Positions 1 to 13,070 are shown, numbered from the stretch's first letter. The stretch is DNA of 64,000 nucleotides from Eledone cirrhosa (GCA_964016885.1 OZ024740.1:389546001-389610000), one strand, 5' to 3'. A program made the numbers and translations. The notes: generated by a model from the letters alone, not told the origin.

Positions 1-910
1 GCAAGGAAAATAGTCTAAATATAAATAGCTCAGTAATTAATATCAACAATTTGTTTTTTTCTATATATAAACAATGTGCAATTTGTAATTTAAATAGAAT
101 ATTGATTTCCACAATGTGACTGAGTAAGCTTTGTATCATAAACCTCTCACATCTATGGTAATGACATCTAAGTTACATATTGTACTGCATTGATTTTGAT
201 TAATTCAGTACTAGTTGTGGTTGGTATGAGAGAATCATGGATGGTAAAGTTGATATGGCTTGAGACAAGCTAAAAGATTGACTATTCATTTACTAACACT
301 ATCGCTGAAGGGCCCTCATGAACAATACAGTTCAACTAGCTCGAAGTCGGTATTTAATTATGTCCTTTTAAATTCTCAGTACAAATAGTGCTGTGGTTAC
401 CTTTGCCTTCAATCTTTCTTGCAGGGGAAAAACTACCAATAGGGCTAGAACAGCAGCCTGGGGCTGAGTACTAGCCATGTGGATTCCTAACATTCAAAAG
501 TGTCAGTTTGGTTGCAGGGGTTGCCAGAATTCCCTCAGCTAAACAGACATATCTTACTGTATATGGAGCTTCACTCCAATATTTCTGCCAGATTTTTTTA
601 TCCCTTAACCTTATGTTATCTCCAGAACTCACAAAGCAACGAGGTAGACATTAAGATGTGATCCCACACTAATGGTTTACATTTCACATATATTGTTATC
701 TTTTGAGGGGGCGATCACCATCGAGTCTTTTGTTGGTTTTGTGTGAAGCTGCAGGGACCCCAGTTACTGTACATCACAACAGGGAGTTATTATCAAAGAA
801 TTGTTTCTGGAGTGTCTATATACAGTCAGTGGTGGAAGCTGAAAGCGGAAGGGTGGCACACTAAACGCATCACTGCAAACAAGTGACGCACATTCTGGTG
901 ACAATTACTA

Positions 911-1245
911 ATCATCATTCATTTCATTTTACGTCCGCTTTTCCCTGCTTGCAAGGGTGGGACGGTAACTGATTCTAGCTTGATTTCTACAGCTGGATGC
1001 CCTTCCTAAGACCAACCTCATTTACAGTGAGTGCTGGATGCTTTTTTTCCATGCTGCCTACACTTCCACTTTACAGTGTGGGCTGGGTGCTTTTTTGCCG
1101 TGGCACCTCCACGACCACTTTGCAGTGGAATGATAAGGACTCCAGTCCTATCATCTCATTTCTACAGCTGAGTAAACTGGAGCAATGTGAAATAAAGTGT
1201 CTTGCTCAAGGAAACAACACATCACCCGGTCTGAGAATTGATACT
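911..1245 (-). mobile_element. SINE with CORE-like body and RTE-derived 3' tail (head truncated)
   Basis: Reverse complement matches the copy at 35905-36225 and ends in an (ATG)n tail. Confidence 0.75.
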
Positions 1246-1249
1246 AATA

Positions 1250-1455
1250 ATAATGGTTTCTAAATTAGGTACAAAGCCAGTAATTTGGTGGAAAATGTAT
1301 GCTGATTATATCAACCTCAGTAATTAACTGGTACATTATTTTATCAACCCTGGAAAGATGAAAGGCAAATTTGATCTCATTGGGATTTGAACTCAGAACA
1401 TAAAGATCCAGAATAAATGCCTTAAGACATTTTCCTACCATTCTAACAATTCTGT
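1250..1455 (-). mobile_element. tRNA-derived SINE (core gcctttcatcc...gataaaataa.gtaccag), decayed
   Basis: Same core and B-box-like gagttcaaatcc as the copies at 12470-13070; further decayed copies follow to about 1830. Confidence 0.65.
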
Positions 1456-3170
1456 TTTGTTAATTTTTCGTTAATGCCTTAGAGAGGGAGTCAGTATATT
1501 TAATGCCTTAAATATCACTAGAGAGGGAGTTGGTGTATTCAATTCAATTGATCCAGTATAGGAATAGTACTTATTATATCAATACCCAGAAACATATAAT
1601 GTAAAGTGACCCTGACAAGATTTGAACAAAACTAGATAGCATTAGGGATTTTAGTTCAACTTTCTCCTGCTTCTGCAAATCCTCATTTTTTTCTTATAAT
1701 TCCATTCACATATAGGATGTATTATAGGCATATCATATCAACCTTGGAAGGATTTGAACTGTGAGCATCAAGGATTCGTAAATAAATACTGCAAGGCATT
1801 TTGCCCAACCATCTAACAAATTTGCTAAAGTGCTGCTCACAAAACCAACCATTCATCAATTCAGACTAATGTGCTTCTTGTCATATACCACCAACAAATA
1901 GAACAGAGAAAACTTTGAAAATCTTAATCATATATTTTGCCTTGTATTGATTTCTGGATTTTTGTTTCATACTTTGGCTTAAACAGCATCATTTATTTCT
2001 AGTGTATATTTTGGCTCTTTGTTACCAAGCTAGTTTCTAATGATTTAAAAAAATACTGGAGTTTTCAGTCTACTTCTTCTATTTTCACATCTTCCTTTAC
2101 ACATTTTATTTTTTTCGGCTGTCAGTTTCTTTTTCCATTATGTTTTGATCAATTTCTCTCAATTGATAACAGCCATATGAGACATTCTATCAAGTGACCT
2201 TCATCTATTCTTATTATATCTAAGATATTTCTACTGAACACATATTTTGCATCAATCAGATCTTTTACCCAAGCTGGTTGGCCTACTGAAATGAAAATAA
2301 CAAATAATGGCAGAGACAAAAGGGAAGACAAAATTACTTTTCAAAACCATATGTTTGATAGAACTGATAGAAACAATGGAAAAGGAATAAGAGAAGGAAC
2401 AAAAGTGTGTGCATATGTGTGTATGTACATGTGTGGGTGTGGATTTGAATGTGAATGCAGTATTGAAAACATAGTTGTTACTGTTTTTCATAGTTTACAA
2501 TAATCCCAACATGTGGTGTATTATACACTCACACACATATATATATATATGAGAGGAGAGAAAGAAAGAGTGTGTGTGTGTATGTGCATGTGTGTAGCAT
2601 GTATGTGTGTGCCTATATATATATATATATATACACATGACCTAGTGGTTGAAATATTAGAGTCATGGTAATATGTTTATAGGCTATGTGGCATGTACAC
2701 ACTTGCGTGTATATATATATATATATATTTACCCAAGTCTTAGACAATATGTTTAATAAATTTATATTTAGTATCACTGTAAAAACAAACATCGCAGATA
2801 AACATATATCAAAGTATATTTGATTTTTTGAAAAGCGGCAACAACACGTTATCTATAAAACACTTGAATGAGTCAAATATATATATCCTGGTGACAATAA
2901 AAAAAAAAGAAAAAGCAGCAGATGTGGTATTGGACTCCTGCAGGCTACTCTGTACACTATAATTTTTTTACATGTTTCTAGGGTTTATTTACCAACCTAT
3001 TCAACTATTTTATAAGTTAATCTGTGTTGTAGCAGCTCTACAAAAAGTAAACATACTTTCGAGTTTGCACATGTGCTCAACATTAATTGTTTGTATGTGT
3101 TTAGATATATATGTATATAGTATATATATATGTATGAGTATGTATTTATACACTAAGATAAGTGTATATA

Positions 3171-3209
<39 letters not shown>

Positions 3210-3394
3210 TGCCATTAGGAAAGGCCTCCAGCCATAGAAATCAAGCTAGAAACAGTCCTATATGAGCAAGACATGATCATCTGACCCATCGTGCCTGAAA
3301 CGGGACAACCTGTCTAACCCATGCTAGTGGATGTTAAACGATGATGATGATGATGATGATGATATATATATATATATATATATATACTAACTTG

Positions 3395-4730
3395 GTACCT
3401 GGACTTGACGGCCTAACTATAGACCTATGGACACTATCCAAAACTTGCAAGTTTCTCAGAGATTTTTGCATGAAAACCTTCAAAGGTCACCAGCCTGGGG
3501 AATGGAGAATATCAGGAATCGTACCAATACCGAAGAAAAGTAATCTCACCATCTGCACCAACTATAGAGGCATCACTTTTACACAAATTACAGCAAAGAC
3601 TTACAATAGGATAATCTAAATAGAATCAAACTATGCATCAGCATCCTTCTACATTTCAACTAAAATGGATTTTGGCTATCTTACTCATCTTGGCTCTAAG
3701 AAAGATTTCAGTGGAGGTATGGAATCACAAGAAAGGGAGCAGCAACTTTATTCATAAACTTCAAGAAACCTTTTATTTCAATCGATTGAAAGAAGATGCT
3801 CAAAATTCTTCTTGCCTATGGGGTACCTCATAAGATTGTGAATGCATTTAAAGTCATGTATAAGAATACTTCAGCACTCATAATGACAACCAAAGGAAAC
3901 TCGGAGTTATTCTCCATCAATTCTGGAGTTCTACAGGGAGATCCTTTTTATGATCTGCCTTGATTATGCATTGCATAATGCCATTACACCATCAGATGAG
4001 ATGATGCTGAAAAACTGGCAAAATACCAGACATCCGGTGGAAGTTCTACTTGAAATGGCTGATGCAGATGACATAGCCCGCTTGGAAAACACAACAAAAC
4101 AAGCAGAGGACATATTACACAAAGTGGAGGTTGAGGTACAATCCATTTGACTCTTGAAGGCTGACAAAACAAAATTCATGCATCTTAATGCAGCATCAAA
4201 TGACCAAATGTCATATATTAGATGGTTCAGTGATTGATTCTTATACCTTGGCAGTCCCATAAACACAGAACACAATATGGACACCAGGATTGGTGATTGT
4301 CTCCAATCAAGAGATCATTGGAAAGAAGGCTATTCAAAACAACAGTTGAGTCCATTCTCCTCTATGGATGTGAGTCATAGACATTAACAAAAACCCACAC
4401 AGAGAAGATCAATGGTACATATATGTGAATGCTGAGAATGGTCCAGAGTATCTCCTGGAAAACACATGTAGGAAATATATCACTCTATGGTTCACATCCT
4501 CACCTTTCTAACATTATAAGGTGATGGAGGCTTACATTAGCTGGACATGTAAAATGTCACAATGATCCTGCTGGCAGAGTTCTTAGGAAACCAGATATGA
4601 GCAGACAAGTTGAGAAACCAAACATCACACTAAAGGATGTCTTTGAAGATGACACCGGGCTGGAAGCAAGGGAACTTCACATGGCAATCCTGGAGGAAGA
4701 ACCTCATCATGGCACTGGTAACGGATAGGT
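3395..4730 (+). mobile_element. Decayed RTE-clade LINE (RT fragment)
   Basis: Broken frames give IVPIPKKSNLTICTNYRGI, GVLQGDP, ICLDYAL and ADADDIA, with many stops and frameshifts. Confidence 0.8.
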
Positions 4731-4838
4731 AGAAGAAGAAGTAATGGTGAAAAAGGACGGGGTGTATAATAAAAAAGGTTTGGTTAAACAATTAATTAAT
4801 TACAACATTATGTGCTGTGTGTATTCATTTAGTCAAGA

Positions 4839-4937
4839 TTAAGTGGTGCCTTATATGTGGCCAGTCATTAAGTGGTGCCTTAAATGTAGCCAGTCATTGG
4901 GTGGTGCTTTATATGTGCCTTATATGTAGCCAGTCAC
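4839..4937. repeat. Short ~29 bp tandem repeat (taagtggtgccttatatgtggccagtcat), about 3 copies
   Basis: Degenerate direct repeats visible in the sequence. Confidence 0.7.
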
Positions 4938-5164
4938 ATATTTAGCATTGGGATGTGGGGAGTATATAGATCATAGCCATTTTCACTGACCAGGTGGTGT
5001 GTTACTAGTAGGTAGCCTTATATAGATTATTGGCGGCATTGTTGCTTTTTAATGTTGGTATGGTTGGAGTGGGGTTTGCATTTTTGTTGTGGTGTGTATC
5101 TGTAAATTTGTCTGTATAGGTAGCATTTTAATTGTAGTTAGTTATGGAAGTAGTGTTGGGGCAT

Positions 5165-5290
5165 AGTAGTTGTCTTGTGACTTCTACAGCCTAGTAGCCT
5201 TAGAAATACTCATTGCCAGAGAAACGCTTCTCAACCACAACTCCAAACAAGTTTCATCTTGTGTGTATAGAACTTACTCAAAATACATTC
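5165..5290 (+). mobile_element. Penelope-like element remnant (GIY-YIG C-terminus)
   Basis: Translation SCDFYSLVALEILIARETLLNHNSKQVSSCVYR resembles the PLE C-terminal C.LC..EK..I....LLN.RSE..S.CRH pattern. Confidence 0.45.
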
Positions 5291-6644
5291 ATTTTAAATG
5301 CATCATATATCCAAATGAATAGGATCTACCCACCCATCTGTATACAGCAAACTTGACCCGACTTAATTAGAAATAATAGAGTTCTTTATTGCTTTGAATT
5401 CTGAGTTAATTTTTCTTTCTTGGTTTGATTTTGCATTTCAGTTTCATTGAGTAAAGTTTTGATTTCCCTACCTCTTTTCCAATTTCATCCACTGAAAACT
5501 ACTTACTCTTATTAATATAAATCCCCCCCCCCCCCCCCAAAAAAAAACCCTGATAAAACACCAAAGTAAAAGAAGTCCCATAGATATTCTTTTTCTAATG
5601 AAAAATATATGTGTATACCCATAACTCCTAGTGGAGTTGTATGGGTGCTGTAGTGACATACAATATGCTTGGACATGTTAAATCTACTGAAGGCAGCCAA
5701 TTTCTTACAGAGAAGGAGAGTGAGAGGGAGTGATAAAGAGGAAATGAGAAAGAGAAGAATTGACCCAATATTGGACTGATACTTTTTTTATTGACCTTGA
5801 AAGGATAAAAAGACAAAGTTGATCTCAGGAGGTTTTTAACAGAGCGCAGAAAGTTGGAACAAATACCTGAAAGCATTTTATCTAACGTTCTAGCAGCTCT
5901 GTTAATTCTTACGTAAAATTCTGATGAAATAAAAATTTTTTTGCTAACTGCATGGATATTTTCATTTCCGAGCACATTAAATAAGATGCATTCAAATTCC
6001 TATTGGCTATGAGTATGTAGAATTAGAAACTTGCTTTTGAAAATCATAGATTCAGAAAGATTCTTTTACTAGTTTCTAGAATGCATTATAAGAAATCAAC
6101 CCAGTATTTGATTGGTAATTTATTTTATCACCCTCAGCAGGGATGAAAGGCAAAGTTTACTCCAGTGGGATAAGAGCCGATGTCTACAAAAAAAAAAAGA
6201 AAAGGACAAAATCAAACAGACATAGGTGGAGAGGTAGTTTCAGAAGATGGAAATTTTGTAAGGGAAGGAAGATTGGATGAAGTGGTTCATGTAATGAACT
6301 AAGGGATGGAGCACAGTAGAAGTGACAAACGAGCTTGAGTGATTTCAATGTAAAAGGATGACTGAGAGAAAATATCAGAATTGCGACTGTACTGCCAAAA
6401 ATCTAAATCACTTCTCAATGCCATACATTTTTAATTAATTTAAATTCCAGAGTTGTCCTGTCGCTCTTGAGCAAAATTTGTCATTAAGATAAAAACTGAA
6501 CTCACTACAAATATAATCTTAAATTAAAAGTAAAATTTCTTGACTCACTATGTTAAGTATATTAGTATCCACATTACCATGGTTCACAAAGTTATTTGGC
6601 TTCAAGTGAACATATAGCGTAGTGTTGTTTAGCCCCAGCTCAAC

Positions 6645-7655
6645 CTATAATAATGAAATTATTGTGTACAGTGCTCAGGTGCACTACAACTCATCAAAGG
6701 TGCATGTACAGTACATAGAATGATGTACAAATGTCAGGAAAGTGAACAGTGTATGAGTCATGATATACATGTGTGTGTATGTGTATGGAGGAGGAATATT
6801 AGGTGTAGTGTTGGCGGATCTCAGGAACATGAAAAAATGTTTCTGAAAGTCATCGGAGCTGCGCTGTTTTCTGACTTTGTAGGCATACCCACGTGTTTTA
6901 GACACATGGAATTCAAAAAGGTGCTCAAGGTTGTTGTTGGCAAGATGGTTAATAATTGTGTGGTTGTTTACCAAGTCAGTTGCCAGATGTCGGAGCTTCC
7001 ATGTATCCATGCTCAGGGAAGCACGGTGTTCAGAGTATGGTAGATGCCTGATGGAGGGTATTCGCTTGGTTGAACATCTCTGAACAGTTTCCAGGAGGTC
7101 AATGTTCAGAGCAAGATAGGGGTTCCAGACTGGTGATGCAAATTCTAAGTATGGCCGCACCATAGCTATATACAGCTTTAAAGAGATAACTGGAGAGTGG
7201 CTGACAAAGGTCACACTGAGTGATGCCAAGATACACTCGGCCTTTTTGACAATTTTAGAGACGTGCTTTGTCCAACGCAATTCGCTGCTGATAGTAATGC
7301 CCTTCTTGATATTAGTGTTGTGGAGGGAGTATGTGGACGCTGAGTTTTTCCTCCCAAAATGCATGGTGGTACACTTGTCCACAGCCAGCTTCAGTTGCCA
7401 GTCCATGATCCATTGCTGCATTGTGACCAGGTTTGATTGCAGGAAAGATCTATAGTGTTCAGGATCTCTCCTTTTTATCTCAAGGTACAGCTTGATGTCA
7501 TCTACATATTTCAGTACACTGGCATTCTTTAAGTTGGCATCTATGTCATTAATATATGCAACAAACAAAAGGGGACCAAAAACAGATCCCTGTGGTACAC
7601 CAGATGACATACAGTGAAGAATGTTGTCCTAGAACCGTGACTACCTCTTTTCAAC
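6645..7655 (-). mobile_element. 5'-truncated CR1-clade LINE (RT C-terminal half and 3' UTR)
   Basis: ORF 6684-7610 has SGVPQGSVFGPLLF, YVDDIKLY, VRPYLEFASPVWNP and LETVQR; short (ATT)n tail. Confidence 0.9.
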
Positions 7656-8124
7656 TGAGAATGAAGGGGTTTGTTTTTCAAAGACTACATTATCAAAATT
7701 TCCCTTCCCTCTTTAAAATAGTATGGTGTGATTTGAGGATAATTTAGCTAATGTTTCTAGTGTAGTGGAGTATAATGAAGATATCTAATGAGGACTTGAG
7801 GAAGCTTAATAAGACTGGAACATGAGTTTTGCTTTCACTAGTTAGCTGTAAATACCACATCCACTCCAATCTGTATTATCTATATATCTTGTTTTTAGAT
7901 TTTAAACAGCTTATCAACTAATTAATTTACATATTATCAATTTTATTGGGCTCTATGTATGTTTATAAACAGTTGTTTAAATAACATTACAAATTAATCA
8001 GTTCTTTCAGAATGAAAATATAAACACATATAATAAATACAATGTGTATAAAAATATAATAGAATTCATTTAACAAAAATGATAAAGGAAAGAAAAACAA
8101 GGGGGGGGGGGGGGACAATTTACC

Positions 8125-8705
8125 ACCAAGTGCGACAATCGACCGTACCTCACACGTTAGGAGTTAAGTACGAACTTTGAGGCAAGCCAACACGCTCGCA
8201 GCATTACCACGCATGATGGCGAGGCTAAGGCACTGAAATAACTAGGCACCATCACCTGATGCCTCAGTAAGGTGAGCCGCCAGCGATGACAAGAGCTTCG
8301 TCATCAGCGGACCAACTCCACCGAATGTCTCGAATGCTGGAAAAAATAATTTGATAAGTCCTGGTATTTCCGAATTTTATTCCGTTCGGCAACAGAAGCA
8401 GTGACCCCCACATTCACCGCCGAGTCCATGATGTGGGAGGGAGCAAGAAAGTCACTGACTGTGGTGTCCCAGATGAGACACCTATATTTCACTCAGGGTC
8501 AAAGAGTAAGACCGTCTGGTCTCTTCCCATCACTTCTGGATAAACCAGCCGGCTCCAGGACTGTGGGGCTCGTTTGATGATTAGGTTTAACTCGGTGTGA
8601 CGAGCAAAACGATCAGCATTCAGACAGCAAGACAAACTATGTAAACTTGTGGAGTCGAGGGACCTACCCCAGCAACATTTCGGACCCTCCACAGACGTCG
8701 GCTCC
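8125..8705 (-). mobile_element. CRE-like non-LTR retrotransposon 3' fragment (Zn knuckle and restriction-like endonuclease)
   Basis: Frameshifted pieces LHSLSC...RFARHTELNLIIKRA, DGKRPDGLTL and CLIWDTTVSDFLAPSH...AERNKIRKYQDL. Confidence 0.75.
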
Positions 8706-9491
8706 CACTTAAATTGTTTGGAAAATTTCAGTTGATCAAGTTTTCAAATTACTTTATTAGTTGTAGTGCACCTGAGCACTGTACACAATAATTTTCATTA
8801 TGTACTTGAGACTCCACTGTCGATGTAATACCTTGTGGAGATAGGAATGTCTCCACAGTTAAGAGACACATCAATTCTCTAAAGGATTCCATTTGAGTGG
8901 TGAGTCGTATGCAAAACGCTATCTCTCAACTTAATATTTATTTGCAAGTCAATGTTTATACTGCGTATTGTTTAGTTAGCCTTCTTTGTTCAAATGTTTC
9001 CGTTGGTAAAACATTTGCAAATTTGTTGATACGTCGCAATTTGTGAATAGAAATGTTTTTTGACCGCTTAATATCTTAAAAGCTCCAGTAACATTGATGG
9101 ATAAAAAGAAAACAACAAATTGGCATATACTAGAAAATAACAAATTTTATTCGATTGCATATTGTTATACAAGAGTAAAAAGAAGGAAAACTATTCCATA
9201 TGTGATGTTTGTACTTTTTTTCTTGAACAAATTAGTTTCGAGTTATCTGCCCCTGGTTTTCATTCGTGTGCTTACAGAGAACAGAAAAAGAAAGTAGTGT
9301 TTGATGAGATATATATAGTTATAGAGCGATAGAGAGAAAGAAAGAGTGAATGGTAAGGAAGATAGATAGATAAAGTGAATGGAGAGGGAGATAGATATAA
9401 ATATATATATATATAGACAGAGAGGGAAAGAGAGTGAATGGAGACGGAAAGCGTTTAAAGAAAGAAATCTTGACGCATTTCGGTCTGGAGT

Positions 9492-9503
9492 TGTCACGTG
9501 ACA
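9492..9503. promoter_or_regulatory. CLEAR/E-box palindrome TGTCACGTGACA (TFEB/MITF/USF-type site) in the putative transporter promoter
   Basis: Exact GTCACGTGAC at 9493-9502 in a locally CpG-richer stretch, about 100 bp upstream of the ATG at 9605. Confidence 0.6.
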
Positions 9504-9729
9504 CGTTGAAACAGACAGAAATAGGGAAGAATAGCAAAATATTTTCCAACTCTGACAACATATACATAATTATTTATTATATTAGACCTTACACACATAC
9601 ACACATGTGGCCAGGAATACAGCCGCTGGCAGATACCGACTCGTTCCCGAGAACTCCTCTTAAATCTGCGCGATTGGTACGAGTTATTGCACAATATATA
9701 TTTATCAATAATTTCTATCCTTCCCAGGT

Positions 9730-9776
9730 ATGGGGTCTATTGACCTCAACGAGCCTACAACTATTTTCAAAAAAAG
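9730..9776 (+). CDS. Probable first coding exon (3' part) of the SLC36-like transporter: MGSIDLNEPTTIFKK(S)
   Basis: ATG at 9730 and donor AAG|GTAAAT after 9776 in phase 2, matching the phase-2 acceptor at 31781. The true start may be the ATG at 9605 in another frame (see findings). Confidence 0.55.
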
Positions 9777-10061
9777 GTAAATACTTTTTTTTTCGTAATA
9801 TACGAAAGCAAAACGCATACACATAAACACTTTTCAGATTTATTAATATTTTTTTTTCCATTTCGTTAACCCCGCTGTTATGAAATTTTGTGGTAATCTT
9901 TATTTACAAATTCTAAAGACAGTTGGTTTAATCTTAAGTTGTAAGATGTTGAATGAAAATAATATTTCCGTGTATTAAACAACAAAGCTCGAAGTAAAAA
10001 AAAATGAAAATATCTAGTTGCATTCACCAAATTCATTTCGCATGCTCCGCTCATACATATA

Positions 10062-10108
<47 letters not shown>

Positions 10109-10547
10109 GCAGACACACACGAGCCGACAGGGGATCATAACAGTAACATGTATATACACTGAATCTGGAGAATCGGGTGGTGTTTTCGTTTTCTTATTTC
10201 GTGCTGTAATGTCAAAGATCCACGTATTTCCTGTAAATTATTTTCTACGAGCATTAAGTTACCAAGAAAACAATTTTCAATCGGGCATGTGTGTAAAAAA
10301 TGCCTCTTCATATCTTCAGGTTTTATTATTAGAACTTGGAATCTTCCTAGAAGTATATTTTAAATTTGGGGAAGGAAAAATTCATTTGTCGATTTCGATT
10401 CTTTAAATACCCTTTATCATAGTTAATACCAATGCATAATTCTATTTCTCCGTCCATATTTATATATGCATGCTAATTATGTGTTTTAAATGTTTTGTTT
10501 ATGAACACTCCGGCTGTTACTTCTTCCCCTCCCCTTTTCTATGACCA

Positions 10548-10703
10548 TAGATAAAGCGTGGCAGCATTTGACATATATACACACGCAGTACAACACATGT
10601 TTATTTTGAAGTTTTCTTTTCTAATATGAAATATGGAACCTATATTAGAAAGGTAAACGGTTTTTGTACTTTTTGAAGAATTTGTTTTATCCTAATGATT
10701 GAG

Positions 10704-10734
<31 letters not shown>

Positions 10735-12082
10735 TACACACAGAGAGAAAATCTAAGGCGTGGGTATCTCTAACTAACAGGAATGATGAATAACTTCCTT
10801 GTCCTCAAAGTTCTTTAAGAAAAAATTCTTAAGCTAGATGAAGAAAAGCAATAATGCAATTTTTGTGGTTTGGTTTTATTCATTTTAAATTTAACCTTCG
10901 TGTGAAACTTTAAATTTTCTCGTAGTAAATTCTGTTTCGCGATAAACTACTACATTTTCTTGTTAGTAGATCTTACTTTGTATAGTATGATTTCTTTATA
11001 TATAACCGTTTAAAGTTATCGAGGAGAGAAAATTAGTTATAACACTCATGTATTTCCCAAGGACATCAGCTTTAAATTCATAATGTACAGTACACTAGCA
11101 CCCGCTACTTTGTAAACAAATACGATTTGCATTTCTTTTTATATAGATTGCAGCAAGATGTAATTTTTGAGTAACCTCAAACTAGGATTTATAAGGATCA
11201 AATGATGGCAAGTTGTATTGTTTATACTCTTAAGAGAATTGACGTCATCAATTTATTTGGCACTAATCCCTCTGATTGCTGCCAAAATATTATATTTGCA
11301 AAATCTCAAATATTATTTATGATTCTCAGATTGAATCTATTTAGCTGATATTTTCAGGTACATTTCAAACTTCACATCCTTCACTTTCGATGTTATTCTA
11401 ACAGAGAGAAAAACAAACTGACATTAAACAAGTTTTATCGCATCAACCCTAAGAACAAAGTACGGCTTGGAAAGATTTAACATACGCTATTGCTAGTAGC
11501 GTTGCGCGGGCGAACTCTGATATCTAGGCTGTAGGGGAACGACAATGGTAATAATCGTGTTTATGTTTTTGTTAGTATAAGGCCAATGCTGTTCAGTGGG
11601 TAATATGCTAAAGCCAGTACCACATTGGTCTAACTTGGCACACCCATGTGCAAACCCTTCTGTTTCGTAGGTTTAATCTAGTACGAACCCCTCTGTTTCG
11701 TAGATTTAATCCATAAGACAATCTGAGTTTAGCATTGCAAGTCAATGAATCACTCGTCTGATATTGAAATACCCCTATCTCCCTTCTGTCAAACGCTCCT
11801 TATTGCGATACTTATTTTACATGCTCTGAAAGAAGAAATACTACTTCAAGCATCTTGAATAATTTATTTAGACTAGTTATTTTCATTTAGTATTCATTTA
11901 GATAAAGCGTGGCAGCATTTGACATACATACAAGCAGTACAACACATGTTTACTTTGAAGTTTTCTTTTAATATGGAATATGGAACCTAAGATATTAGAA
12001 AGGTAAACGTTTTTGTACTTTTTGAAGAATTTGTTTTATCCCAACGACACACACGCACACGCACACACACACACACACACGC

Positions 12083-12123
<41 letters not shown>

Positions 12124-12186
12124 GGCGTGGGTATCTCTTGTTAACAGGAATGATGAATAACTTCCTTGGCCTCAGTTCTTTAAGAA
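10548..12186. repeat. Local direct duplication of about 280 bp (10548-10821 and 11899-12186)
   Basis: Both copies run from tagataaagcgtggcagcatttgac to agttctttaagaa and differ mainly in the internal microsatellite. Confidence 0.9.
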
Positions 12187-12469
12187 CATTTTTTTAATAG
12201 TATAAAAAAAGATCTCGAGGCTGCGGCAATATCCCCGTAATAGGCCTGGAACACATAAAGAAAAAAGAATTTAGAAAAGTTATTTATAAAAAAAAAAAAA
12301 AAAGCAATAACAATAGTTGCAACAGCTAATAGTTTTTATAGGTCGTTTTTAAGTATAATTTTATGCCCACCCCACCCCCAAACACGATATAATATGATTC
12401 TAATTTTAAGATACAAGCTGTTTCATTGATAGAGAATATTAATTATTTCCTATTTAAAGATAAAGAGGT

Positions 12470-13070
12470 AATAATTGTTTCTACTTTAGGCACAAGGCCA
12501 GCATAACCCAGTACATTACTGGTACTTTATTTTATCGACCCCGTAAGGATGAAAGGCAAAGTTAACCTTGGCGGGATTTGAACTCAGATCGTAAAGGGAT
12601 GTAACTATGCTAGAAAGCATTGCTTCCAACCCTCTACCGATACTGCCAACCCATCGCCCTATAAAGAGGTAATAATGATTTCTGATTTAGACACAAGGCC
12701 GACAGTTTTCGGAGTGGGAGAAGGCTATTAAATCGACTCCAGTACGTTACTGGTATTTTATTATATCTATCACGAAAGGATGAAAGGCAAAGCTAATCTC
12801 GGCGGGATTTGAACTCAGAACGTAAAGGGAAGTAACTTTATACCGCAAACCACGTTGTCCGACGCTCTACTAATTCTGCCAATCCACCGCCCTTTTAAAG
12901 AGGAAATAATTGGCACAAGGCCAGCTATTTTTTGGGGAAAGGGAAAGTCGTTTAAATCAATCCCCACTGGATTACTGGTTGTTGATTTTATCGATCCCAT
13001 AAGGATGAAGGCAAAGCTAACCCCGGCAGGATTTGAACTCGCAATGTAAAGGGAAGTAACTCTATAACGA
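12470..13070 (-). mobile_element. Three tandem tRNA-derived SINE copies
   Basis: Repeated cacaaggcc...tactggt...aaggatgaaaggcaaag...ggatttgaactc units. Confidence 0.85.
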
